64,000 bases of DNA, from contig CATLAM010000002.1 of NCBI GenBank assembly GCA_949878485.1, positions 55,397-119,396 on the forward strand. The letters are read 5' to 3'. The translations under genes were made by a program, and so were the position numbers. The notes beneath the pieces were generated by a model that saw only the letters and a program-made list of their open reading frames with translations, ran no database searches and was not told where the DNA came from. This DNA comes from an uncultured Eubacteriales bacterium. Its GTDB lineage: Bacteria > Bacillota > Clostridia > Christensenellales > UBA1242. Below are positions 20,014 to 28,753 of the stretch, piece after piece (position 1 is the stretch's first letter; each line of letters begins with the position of its first letter).

Positions 20014-20286
20014 TTAATTGAAAAGGGCTTTGAAACTTTTTCCAAATTTAAACTTTGGATTTTTGCAAGCATCAACTTTGATTGTTTGCTTTGTAAGTGG
20101 ATTAATTTTTGTAGTTGCTGATTTTGAAACAACTTCAAAAGAACCAAAACCAGGGATTTGAATTTTTTCTCCAGTTTTAAGAACACTTACAATAGTGTCA
20201 ATCACAGCATCAAAAACAATACCAGCATCTTTTTGAGTGCAGTTTGCTTTTTCTGCAACCGCTTTTACGAAATCACCTTTATTCAT
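20014..20286 (-). CDS. hup: Histone-like DNA-binding protein HU
   Basis: MNKGDFVKAVAEKA, GEKIQIPGFGSFEV, NP arm, PKFKFGK. Confidence 0.93.
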   Translation of the reverse strand: MNKGDFVKAVAEKANCTQKDAGIVFDAVIDTIVSVLKTGEKIQIPGFGSFEVVSKSATTKINPLTKQTIKVDACKNPKFKFGKSFKALFN

Positions 20287-20368
20287 ATAAATCTCCTTTA
20301 ATTTTTTGCATTTAATCTATGCTATACTTATTTTAACATAATTAAAGGTTTTTAGCAAATAAATTCAC

Positions 20369-21250
20369 TTATCTTGCAAAAAATTTATCAACTTGATTGA
20401 AATAAAACTTGATAACTTCCCACAAACGATTTCCGAAGTTATAATCATAAACCACAAATTCGGCTTTTCCAACAATATATTCAAACGGACAAAATCCCTT
20501 TAATCTTGAATCATCACTATGCCCACGATTGTCGCCCATATAGAAGAAATAATTTTCTGGCACTTGCACATAGACAAGTTCATCTTCAGAAACAAAATAA
20601 TTATATTTCAAATCTTCGCTTTCAGGATTGTCAAAATAAGATTGCAAAAATTTCTTATAAAAATCTTCTTCATAGTGTCTTTCTTTGGAATTTAAAAATG
20701 TAAATTGAGAATCCCTGTTGTTTGTCCAGTCCTCATATCCACGAATTGAATAACCTTTTGATCCGTTTTCATTCAATTTGGCTTGTTCGTCAGTTATGTT
20801 TGAAACAAGTTTGTTTTCTTGAATCGACATATTGTTTCTTGCAATTCGGTAAAATTTATAAAAACCGCTTTCATCTTTAGCAATGGTTATATAATCACCA
20901 GAAACTGCCATTGTTCTTTTGATGATTGCATCAGCATCTGTCGGCTTTTTGATGACCACTATGTCAAAAATTCCTCCCTTATCCGTTGTGTTTACATAAA
21001 CAGCATCATAAGCAGAATTTCCGTCCGTGTCACTGACTTGCTCGTTCAATGTGTTTTTCATAGATGCACCTTTCACCTCATAAAAACTGTGAGTGGTTGT
21101 AAAATAAGTATACCAAGCAAAAAATATGACAAAGAAAATAAGCACTATATACAATGAAATATGCAAGGTTAAATATAAAGCCAAATTTTTGGTTTCTTCC
21201 TTAACCTTTTTGTCACTGTATTGAATAAAGTCCTTGTCGTAATTTTTCAA
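20369..21250 (-). CDS. lepB: Signal peptidase I
   Basis: TM, VKGASMKNTL (Ser), IIKR (Lys), MGDNRGHSDDSR; long insertion between boxes D and E. Confidence 0.9.
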   Translation of the reverse strand: MKNYDKDFIQYSDKKVKEETKNLALYLTLHISLYIVLIFFVIFFAWYTYFTTTHSFYEVKGASMKNTLNEQVSDTDGNSAYDAVYVNTTDKGGIFDIVVIKKPTDADAIIKRTMAVSGDYITIAKDESGFYKFYRIARNNMSIQENKLVSNITDEQAKLNENGSKGYSIRGYEDWTNNRDSQFTFLNSKERHYEEDFYKKFLQSYFDNPESEDLKYNYFVSEDELVYVQVPENYFFYMGDNRGHSDDSRLKGFCPFEYIVGKAEFVVYDYNFGNRLWEVIKFYFNQVDKFFAR

Positions 21251-21786
21251 TCATCTCTCCTTGAAAAGTGGCAACCACAATAATTTTGTCTGTAAAGATT
21301 TAATTCTTTTGAAATGTCGATGCTTCGTTTATATCCATCTTTCTTTTTAAAACTTTCAGGCAAAAATTCAATTTGTTCTTCCAAAGCAATTTGGTTTCCA
21401 ACATTGTTTATAATGTCAGTGTTTTTATGTGGACTGACAGACAATGTTGAAGCAAAAATGTCATATCCATTTTCTTTGGCAAATATTGCCGTTCTTTTTA
21501 AACGAAAGACAAAACATTTTTCACATCTTGCCCCGCCTTCTCTTTCATTTTCCAAACCTTTCACAAAAGCAAGCCAATTTTTATTGTCCCAATCATAATC
21601 AATGAAAGGAACATCAAAATGTTGACAAACTTTTTGCTCTTCAACTTTACGCTTTTCATATTCTTCGCGTGGCTCTATGTTTGGATTGTAATAAAACACT
21701 GTGACATCAAAATTTTCTTTCAATCTTTCAATCACAACAGTTGAACACGGCCCACAACATGAATGCAATAACAGTTTCTTTTTCAT
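21247..21786 (-). CDS. queH: Epoxyqueuosine reductase QueH
   Basis: LLLHSCCGPCS, YYNPNI, EGGARCEKC, SPHK, LYRQNYCGC. Confidence 0.95.
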   Translation of the reverse strand: MKKKLLLHSCCGPCSTVVIERLKENFDVTVFYYNPNIEPREEYEKRKVEEQKVCQHFDVPFIDYDWDNKNWLAFVKGLENEREGGARCEKCFVFRLKRTAIFAKENGYDIFASTLSVSPHKNTDIINNVGNQIALEEQIEFLPESFKKKDGYKRSIDISKELNLYRQNYCGCHFSRRDD

Positions 21787-21831
21787 ATCTCATATTTTAA
21801 TGGTTTAATCCTTTTTTGTCAAGCAAAAGTG

Positions 21832-21970
21832 AAAACTGCATTGCATTTGCGGTTTTGTGGTGACTCTCTTGCCATGAATGAGAATAAGAAAATCTACTTC
21901 GTCTTTCCGTGCTGACCTTATAAACCGACACGGACGGGCTATCACGAATTTATGCACAGAGTTGTGTTAA
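21832..21970. ncRNA. Candidate structured small RNA (family unassigned)
   Basis: GC-richer intergenic rod: ACTCT/AGAGT, CATGAAT/ATTTATG, TTCGT/ACGAA and TCCGTG/CACGGA nested stems. On the minus strand it has TATAAT upstream and a terminator-like hairpin downstream. Confidence 0.5.
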
Positions 21971-22036
21971 AAATTATAAATGTTCCAAAGCGTTTCACTA
22001 AACAAACTGCTTTACACTTAAATCATGAATAATAGT

Positions 22037-22369
22037 TTAAAGAATTTTTACAGCATACTCCATCATCTCGTTGATGTGTGGAGATTTTAAACGATAAACC
22101 AAAATTTTCCCTTCGCGTTTATATTCCACCAAACCTTGGTCTTTAAGTGTCTTAAGTTGATGAGAAATCGTTGTTTGATTGATGTCCAAAATTTTAGATA
22201 AATCATTCACACACAAATCTTTCAGTGCCAAAGCAGACAAAATTTTAATTCGAGTTTGGTCGGAAAAGTTTTGGAAATAAAGTGCCAATTTGTTTGTGCT
22301 TTCTTCATTTGGCAAAAGTTCCAGCATTTCATATCTTCCTTTTTCAGAAATTTTCAACAATTTATTCAT
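22037..22369 (-). CDS. ArsR/SmtB-family transcriptional regulator
   Basis: SDQTRIKIL, LCVNDL, QTTISHQLKTLK, REGKILVY; start MNKLL after AAGGGG. Confidence 0.92.
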   Translation of the reverse strand: MNKLLKISEKGRYEMLELLPNEESTNKLALYFQNFSDQTRIKILSALALKDLCVNDLSKILDINQTTISHQLKTLKDQGLVEYKREGKILVYRLKSPHINEMMEYAVKIL

Positions 22370-22575
22370 AAATTCACCCCTTTTTGTAACACCTTTAAAA
22401 ATTGCAGAATATATAACAACAGCAAACATAACTTCGACTATGTATTACTTAAAATAAAAAAACTCGAAGTTAGTGCTTTCACAATCATTATATAAACCAA
22501 AGACGAAAAGTCAAAAGGTTTTAAACGGCCTTTTTAGACGAAGAATGTAAAATTTTGTCAAAAAGGAGGATTGTC

Positions 22576-22758
22576 ATGTCGTCTCAAGAATTTTTATGGG
22601 TATTTTTGTTGTCTGTGTTAAGTTCAAACAACGATACAAATTTGGCAACCAACACAAACATCTTGCTTTTGCTTCTTTTAGGTTTGTCAGACAACAACAA
22701 TAATTTCAATAACAACACCAACACATGCAGTTGCAGAAGATGCTTTGGAAATTTTTAA
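22576..22758 (+). CDS. Small Asn/Leu/Cys-rich protein, possibly spore-associated
   Basis: Strong AGGAGG RBS before ATG 22576; 60 aa with ILLLLLL, a poly-N stretch and CSCRRC. Confidence 0.65.
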   Translation: MSSQEFLWVFLLSVLSSNNDTNLATNTNILLLLLLGLSDNNNNFNNNTNTCSCRRCFGNF

Positions 22759-22761
22759 TTT

Positions 22762-22840
22762 CTGAGGAGACACCACAGATTTAACGGTGCAGAAATTTCT
22801 GACACCTAAATCTGCGGTTCCCCATCCCAATCTCCCTCCA
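22762..22840 (+). repeat. Structured dispersed motif, family A copy 2
   Basis: Aligns with the reverse complement of 10877..10967; ACCACAGATTT/AAATCTGCGGT stem. Confidence 0.75.
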
Positions 22841-23040
22841 CTGTAAGTGATTTTCAATTTATGCTCATCGGGCTAAGCCATACACTTCACAAAATTGAAA
22901 ATTTATTTTTATTGCTTTTATAAAGATTATTTTACTGTCATTCTAAGCCGAAGCGTGTTGATGTAAGTCAACCGAAACTGATGGACTGTCACACATTGGT
23001 GCCCAGCATCTCATGGAAAGATAATAAATAAAGCATAAAA

Positions 23041-23066
23041 AAAAGACATTCAAACGAATGTCTTTT
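23041..23066. terminator. Bidirectional intrinsic terminator
   Basis: AAAAGACATTC-AAAC-GAATGTCTTTT. Confidence 0.85.
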
Positions 23067-23078
23067 ATTTTATTTCAA

Positions 23079-23507
23079 TTAAAGTGGCAATCTAAGCACA
23101 ACTTTTGCAGTTGTAACCATGTTTGAAATTGCATCTACTTTTCCAGCAACACTGCTTGAAGAATTTTTCTCATCTGTGAAATTTCCAACAGCACTTAAAA
23201 TCATAGGTAAAAATACATTGAAGAAAATAATCAAAACAATTACAACGACTACTGAAACAATGACATTGATAAATCTCTTTTTACCTTCTTCTCTTTGTTC
23301 AGCAGAATCTGCTCTTGCCATTTTGATTCCTACAAAAACTGCGTAGATACCGCCAGCAGCACCAACCAAAGCAATAACAACCCACAATACAGTAGATAAT
23401 GTTCCCAATAAAGTAGAAAGCCAACCATTATTACCACCTGCAAGTGAACCTGCTTTTGTAATATAATCACTCCAACTATATGATAAGTCCATTAATAATG
23501 AGTTCAT
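23079..23507 (-). CDS. TrbC/VirB2-like pilin
   Basis: Hydrophobic helix, then GIKMARADSAEQREEGKKRF, then a second hydrophobic helix, the typical conjugative-pilin-like pattern; GGAGG RBS. Confidence 0.7.
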   Translation of the reverse strand: MNSLLMDLSYSWSDYITKAGSLAGGNNGWLSTLLGTLSTVLWVVIALVGAAGGIYAVFVGIKMARADSAEQREEGKKRFINVIVSVVVVIVLIIFFNVFLPMILSAVGNFTDEKNSSSSVAGKVDAISNMVTTAKVVLRLPL

Positions 23508-23771
23508 AACAAACCTCCGATAAAATTATCATCCCAAAAAGTTGAATTATTATTCTTCCACTTTTTGTATATCAATATAATATCATAAACATTTTTAATT
23601 TCCAAATAAAATTCGACAAAAAAATTAAAAAATTGAAAAAATTTTTTGAAAACACTATATGCCCCATATTTAGGCACATAAAAAAGGTTGAAAATTAATT
23701 TTTAAACCAATTTCAACCCATTTTTTTAAAAATTTTTATTTAATTTTATTTTTAATTTATTTTTTTATTGC

Positions 23772-23811
23772 AATAAAATTTCAACAACTTTTCACTCTTC
23801 ACTTTTCACTT
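23772..23811. repeat. Heptamer tandem array (TTCACT(T/C))n with conserved flank
   Basis: AAAATTTCAACAACTTTTCACTCTTCACTTTTCACT; inverted homologue at 29636..29682. Confidence 0.65.
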
Positions 23812-24897
23812 CTAAGCCTGTTGTAACAATTCTGTTCTTTCTTTCAAAATCATAGCGTCAATAAATTCGTCAAGCCCACCATTAAGCACTCCGTCTAAAT
23901 CATAAGACGACAAATTGGTACGATGATCAGTCACACGACCTTGCGGATAGTTGTAAGTGCGGATACGCTCATTACGATTACCGCGTCCCACTTGACTTTT
24001 TCTGTCTTCACGATATTCACTGTCGCGTTGTTCTTGATAATAATCATAAAGTTTTGCTTTCAAGATGTTGAAAGCCTTTTCTTTATTTTTCAACTGGCTT
24101 CTTTCATCTTGACAAGTAACCACAATGTTAAGTGGCAAGTAAGTGATTCTTATTGCAGTTTCCACTTTGTTGACATTCTGTCCACCAGCACCACCAGAAT
24201 GATATGTATCAATTCTTAAGTCCTTATCCAAGATTTCAAAATCAATATCTTCAACTTCTGGAAGACAAGCAACAGTGGATGTTGAAGTGTGAATACGCCC
24301 TTGACTTTCAGTTTCAGGCACTCTTTGAACTCTGTGAACACCACTTTCATATTTAAGACGCGAATAAGCACCTTTACCTTTAATCAAAATAGTTGCTTCT
24401 TTCACACCACCGATTTCAGTTTGTGACATGTCGATGTATTCCACTTTCCAACGGCACTTTTCAGCATAGTGAGAATACATTCTGCAAAGTTCCAAACAAA
24501 ACAATGCAGACTCTTCCCCACCTGCTGCCGAACGAATTTCCAAGATTGCGTTGCTTTCATCATTTTCATCTTTTGGCAAAAGCAAGATTTTGATGTCTTC
24601 CACTTTTTGCTCAATTAAAGTTTTAAGATTTTGAATTTCACTTTCAAAAAGCGCTTTAATTTCGTTGTCAGTTTCACTCTTGAAATCATTTTCACAACTT
24701 TCACATTCTTGCAAAAGTTTCTTCAACTCAATATGTGCTTCAGCCAAACCTTCAAGTGAATTTCTTTCTTTAACCAACTTTTTAAATTCTCTATTGTCTG
24801 CCAAAATTTCAGGGCGAGAAATAAGGTCAGTAAGTTCGTCAAATCTGACCTTTGATTTTTCTGTTTTTTGCAAAAATTCTTTACTTAAATCTTCCAT
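23812..24897 (-). CDS. prfA: Peptide chain release factor 1
   Basis: ESGVHRVQRVPETES (PxT), GAGGQNVNK, RIRTYNYPQ. Confidence 0.97.
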   Translation of the reverse strand: MEDLSKEFLQKTEKSKVRFDELTDLISRPEILADNREFKKLVKERNSLEGLAEAHIELKKLLQECESCENDFKSETDNEIKALFESEIQNLKTLIEQKVEDIKILLLPKDENDESNAILEIRSAAGGEESALFCLELCRMYSHYAEKCRWKVEYIDMSQTEIGGVKEATILIKGKGAYSRLKYESGVHRVQRVPETESQGRIHTSTSTVACLPEVEDIDFEILDKDLRIDTYHSGGAGGQNVNKVETAIRITYLPLNIVVTCQDERSQLKNKEKAFNILKAKLYDYYQEQRDSEYREDRKSQVGRGNRNERIRTYNYPQGRVTDHRTNLSSYDLDGVLNGGLDEFIDAMILKERTELLQQA

Positions 24898-26638
24898 AAA
24901 CCACTCTTTCTATTTTATTGTAATCTTTTATTGTTTTAATTTCATCAAATCCGCATTCTTTCATAATCTTCTTTACTGCAGTTGCTTGACCTTTACCTAC
25001 TTCATAAAAAAGTAGTCCGCCAGAATTTAATCTCTTGCCTGCTTTCTTTGAAATTTCACGATAGAAATCCAGACCATCTTCGCCACCATCAAGTGCCAAA
25101 TGTGGATCACAATCTTTGACATTCTTGTCAAGTTTTTCAATGTCAGCAGTTTTAATGTATGGCGGATTTGACACTATTATATCAAATCTTTGTCGCCATT
25201 TCAAGTTTTCAAACAAATTTGAATGCAAAAATTCCACTTTAACATCGTTTTTCTTGGCATTTGACTGTGCTGTTGCCAGTGCTGTTTTGCTGACATCAAT
25301 CGCAGTAATGGTGGCATCACAATTTTTTGCCAAAGCAACAGCAATCGCCCCAGACCCTGTGCCAAGGTCAAGAATTTTTGCTTTCTTGAATTCCTTTTCT
25401 GCTTTCAAAACTTGTTCCACCAAAATTTCTGTTTCCATTCTTGGAGTAAGCACTTTCTTGTTGACATCAAATCTAAGACCATAAAATTCTGTCCAACCAA
25501 AAATGTTATCCAAACTTTCCCCTTTTGCACGTCTGTCTGTTGCACGCAAAATGTCTTGTTCTTGTTTGTCAGTCACAAAAGGAGTAAGTTTTATTTCAGC
25601 ACGATTTTTCCCCAAAATTGTGGCAATAAGCCAGTCAGCATCACTTTTATCGTTGATGCCAGCAGAAATAAGTTTGTTTCTGACTTCATTATAAACCACA
25701 GAAAAAGCCTTTTTGTTTTCGTCTTTCACCAGTTCCCTGTCCTTTTGTGAAATAAGCAAGCCAAGTTCTGTCACAGCAACACTGACTGTTTCAGTATGAG
25801 TTCTTGATGGTTTGGCAAACACCAAAGCCCCTGTTACAAACCTGAGCCATCTAAGCCAAACAACATTTTCAACAATCCAAGCAATTTCATAACCAACACT
25901 TGCACAAACAATGACAAGTGCCACAGAAAAAGCCAGATTAAACCAAAAACCAAAACTTGCTCCACATAATGTTACCACAGTTACATCCAAAAGAAAAACA
26001 AAAATCAGATAATTCAAGAAATTTGGCACAAACATTTCAATTTTTACGCTGTTTTTCTTAATTTGTTTTTGTTTGGCTTTAGATTTTAAATTTACAGGCT
26101 GTTTCTTTTTAGTTCTATTTAAAATTTGTTCTGATTGCAATTTATCACACGCTCTGTTAAACCTGAAACACTCATTTGCACTTGCAAAGCACCTAAGTAA
26201 AAGCAAAGATAAAACAAAAAACAAAATCTTAAAACTTGCAACAAGCATATTTCTTAAAAAGGGATTTCCAAAAAGTCCGATAATCCAAACTGCCAATTTG
26301 TTTGGAAAACTTCCCAAAATGAAGAAAGAAAAAACACAGGCAGAAAGCAAAACCGCACACAACACAATCAGTTTTTGCATATAATATTTGTTGTCTTTTT
26401 TGATTTTGGAATTGTCACACAAATCAATATTCATAATAAAAGCATCAAAAAAAGCCAAAAGCCCGCAGAAAAAAACTTGCAATCCCCTTATGAAAGGGAA
26501 ATGCCAAAACACAATTTTGTTTTTGGTTAAAGCACTTTTCAATTTTTTTTCGCCTTGGCAATTTGTCGCCGTCAAAACTTTTTTATCTGCACTTGTTACA
26601 ACAACACCATTTGAAGTTGGAAAAACAAATCTATCCAT
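24881..26638 (-). CDS. prmC: Fusion of a degenerate DUF1385 (YqhQ-like) membrane domain and release-factor methyltransferase PrmC
   Basis: C-half: VLTPRMETE, LDLGTGSGAI, SNPPY, ALDGGEDGL. N-half: FPFIRG plus TMs. Start uncertain (26638-26686). Confidence 0.85.
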   Translation of the reverse strand: MDRFVFPTSNGVVVTSADKKVLTATNCQGEKKLKSALTKNKIVFWHFPFIRGLQVFFCGLLAFFDAFIMNIDLCDNSKIKKDNKYYMQKLIVLCAVLLSACVFSFFILGSFPNKLAVWIIGLFGNPFLRNMLVASFKILFFVLSLLLLRCFASANECFRFNRACDKLQSEQILNRTKKKQPVNLKSKAKQKQIKKNSVKIEMFVPNFLNYLIFVFLLDVTVVTLCGASFGFWFNLAFSVALVIVCASVGYEIAWIVENVVWLRWLRFVTGALVFAKPSRTHTETVSVAVTELGLLISQKDRELVKDENKKAFSVVYNEVRNKLISAGINDKSDADWLIATILGKNRAEIKLTPFVTDKQEQDILRATDRRAKGESLDNIFGWTEFYGLRFDVNKKVLTPRMETEILVEQVLKAEKEFKKAKILDLGTGSGAIAVALAKNCDATITAIDVSKTALATAQSNAKKNDVKVEFLHSNLFENLKWRQRFDIIVSNPPYIKTADIEKLDKNVKDCDPHLALDGGEDGLDFYREISKKAGKRLNSGGLLFYEVGKGQATAVKKIMKECGFDEIKTIKDYNKIERVVYGRFK

Positions 26639-26689
26639 GCAAAAATTATTTCCAAAAACAAATAAAAATAACTTTAAACCTGCCAAATC

Positions 26690-26718
26690 TTGACAATTAA
26701 AAGATTTTATATTATAAT
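26690..26718 (+). promoter_or_regulatory. Consensus sigma-A promoter
   Basis: TTGACA-17 nt-TATAAT. Confidence 0.8.
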
Positions 26719-26740
26719 AAAACTATAAAAAGGAGTTTTT

Positions 26741-27514
26741 ATGAATTTAAATGAAAACAAATCAACATTAATAAAAGACATTGTTGTTAAAAAAAGCGAA
26801 AGCAGAAGCCCGCTGAATTTAAAAACAAATTTTATAACTTGGCAAATCCAAGATGGAATTTTTATGGGTTATAACATTAAATTAGATGTATTAAACAACA
26901 TCTATAACATTTATAAACCTGAAAAAGAATTGAATATTTTAAAAAATTCAACACCTAATGAAAAAATATTAATTCAATTTAAAACGGACAGTCTTGAAGA
27001 ATTCATGAACATGCCAGAAAAAGATTTAAATAATTATGTTGTAAAACAATTGGCTGTTGACAACGCAAAATTTTTGCTTTTAAAAACATTTGAAAGATTG
27101 GAACTTTTAGCCACAAACCAAATAAAATTTGTTTCAAATCTGCCAAAACTTGCTTTGATTCCTCTTTTAAACTCTGCTCCAAACTCATTGCATATGTTTT
27201 ATGGCAAAGAACTTATTGAAGAAACACAAAATGAAATCTATGAGCATATTAAATCAACCAAAACTAATGTTGCAGAATGTTTGAAAACACATTACCCTGA
27301 AATCAGTCAAATCTTGTTTTATTCTTTGTTTGAAAACACAGCAAATGAATATATGGAGTTAATGGCAGACAAATGCAATAACTTATTACCAGAAAAACCA
27401 ATAAAAATTACTAATAAAATTATGATAAATCCCCAAAATAATACACCAAACAAAATATATACACAAGTAAAGAAACCTGATGCTGGCCGTGGCGGACTTG
27501 GAGAAAATAAATAG
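26741..27514 (+). CDS. Hypothetical protein (paralogue 1)
   Basis: AAGGAG RBS; shares DGxFMG(Y/F)xI, IP.L and PIK(I/L) blocks with the next gene. Confidence 0.8.
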   Translation: MNLNENKSTLIKDIVVKKSESRSPLNLKTNFITWQIQDGIFMGYNIKLDVLNNIYNIYKPEKELNILKNSTPNEKILIQFKTDSLEEFMNMPEKDLNNYVVKQLAVDNAKFLLLKTFERLELLATNQIKFVSNLPKLALIPLLNSAPNSLHMFYGKELIEETQNEIYEHIKSTKTNVAECLKTHYPEISQILFYSLFENTANEYMELMADKCNNLLPEKPIKITNKIMINPQNNTPNKIYTQVKKPDAGRGGLGENK

Positions 27515-27523
27515 GAGAAAACC

Positions 27524-28186
27524 ATGCCAATAGTAAACTATTTGCAAGATGCAATCACAAAAACAAACAATTATGGAAGAGATTTCAAAGGTGTGTTTAC
27601 AGACGGGACTTTTATGGGCTTTGAAATTGAAAGTTTTAAAAACTTACAAGAATATAAAATCAGCAGTCCCAGAAAAAACAACAAACAGCCTGCCCTTACC
27701 TTTGAAATTCACAGCAAGTTAAAAGCAATCGACGAAAACGACATAATAACTGCACTTATAGAAAAAATTACAACTGCCAACTCAGATTATATTTACTCGG
27801 CAGTAAGCAGACAATTAAATTCTTCAAAAATAAAAGATTTAAATTCAAAAAATTTGTCAAGGCAACTTCTGGCTATTCCTGCAATTTTAAAAATAACCTA
27901 TGAAAACGCAGACAGAATTATTGAAGGCACAGTCAACAAAGTAAACAGCCAAAGAAAACAAAAACTTGAAAATTTAAAGAAAACTCACAAACGCAAAAAA
28001 AGTTTTGATGAAAGAAAATTTCAACGAATTTTTAATGAAATGTTGGTTTTGGCAACAGATCAATATATTGGCTCTTACATAAATGAAGCAAATCCAATCA
28101 AACTCAATGAAGTCGAAAAAAGCCAAAGTGCATATAACAATTATAAAAAAGAAAACAAGTTTGGCTTAAATGCTGTAAACTCATAA
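27524..28186 (+). CDS. Hypothetical protein (paralogue 2)
   Basis: AGGAG RBS; DGTFMGFEI, LLAIPAIL, NPIKL. Confidence 0.8.
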   Translation: MPIVNYLQDAITKTNNYGRDFKGVFTDGTFMGFEIESFKNLQEYKISSPRKNNKQPALTFEIHSKLKAIDENDIITALIEKITTANSDYIYSAVSRQLNSSKIKDLNSKNLSRQLLAIPAILKITYENADRIIEGTVNKVNSQRKQKLENLKKTHKRKKSFDERKFQRIFNEMLVLATDQYIGSYINEANPIKLNEVEKSQSAYNNYKKENKFGLNAVNS

Positions 28187-28192
28187 GACAAT

Positions 28193-28225
28193 AAAAAAAG
28201 ATGACCAAATCGGTCGTCTTTTTTT
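28193..28225. terminator. Bidirectional intrinsic terminator
   Basis: AAAAAAAGATGACC-AAATC-GGTCGTCTTTTTTT. Confidence 0.85.
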
Positions 28226-28238
28226 AATTTTAAATAAA

Positions 28239-28445
28239 TTAGTCAAGATTATATTTTTTCTTGAAGTTTTCAACAGTTCCGCTGGCGTCAACAACCTTCT
28301 TCTTTCCTGTGTAGAAAGGATGGCATTTGTTGCAAATATCAATTTTAAGAGTGTCTCCCTTAACGCAAGAGCCAGTCTTAAAAGTGTTTCCGCAAGCACA
28401 AGAAACAGTTACTTCATGATAATCTGGGTGTATTCCTTTTCTCAT
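28239..28445 (-). CDS. rpmE: 50S ribosomal protein L31 (zinc-binding type)
   Basis: [20 protein letters not shown]. Confidence 0.97.
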   Translation of the reverse strand: MRKGIHPDYHEVTVSCACGNTFKTGSCVKGDTLKIDICNKCHPFYTGKKKVVDASGTVENFKKKYNLD

Positions 28446-28457
28446 TATAAACTCCTT

Positions 28458-28718
28458 TTAATCTCCAACATAAGGAAGAAGTGCCATATTTCTTGCTCTC
28501 TTAATTGCATTTGCAAGTTCTCTTTGGTGGTAAGAGCAAACACCTGTTTGGCGTCTTGGCAAAATTTTGCCTTTTTCAGTAATGTATTTTCTGATTTTTG
28601 CTATGTCTTTATAGTCAATAGTCTTTTCCCCAGCAACACAAAAAGCACAAACTTTTTTCTTTGCAGGTTTACGATATTTTTTAACGACCTTTTCTTCGGT
28701 CTTAACTGTTTCGCTCAT
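28458..28718 (-). CDS. rpsR: 30S ribosomal protein S18
   Basis: [25 protein letters not shown]. Confidence 0.97.
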   Translation of the reverse strand: MSETVKTEEKVVKKYRKPAKKKVCAFCVAGEKTIDYKDIAKIRKYITEKGKILPRRQTGVCSYHQRELANAIKRARNMALLPYVGD

Positions 28719-28753
28719 TTTTTTCTCCTATTAAAATTTTTAAGATTTCAAAC

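Noticed and set aside
20014-20286. HU arm variant (KINPLTK instead of GRNPxTG) as a novel protein
   Set aside because: The intercalating Pro and overall pattern are retained, within normal HU variation.
21787-22036. preQ1 riboswitch upstream of queH
   Set aside because: No class I or II signature, and queH has its own promoter immediately before the start codon.
22762-22840. c-di-AMP (ydaO) riboswitch, RNase P or tmRNA
   Set aside because: Only short chance matches (GGGGAACC, GAGGAGA); the other conserved elements are absent and the position is 3' of a gene.
23772-23811. CRISPR array
   Set aside because: Only 7-nt tandem units with no spacers; no cas genes or 25-40 nt spaced repeats anywhere in the window.
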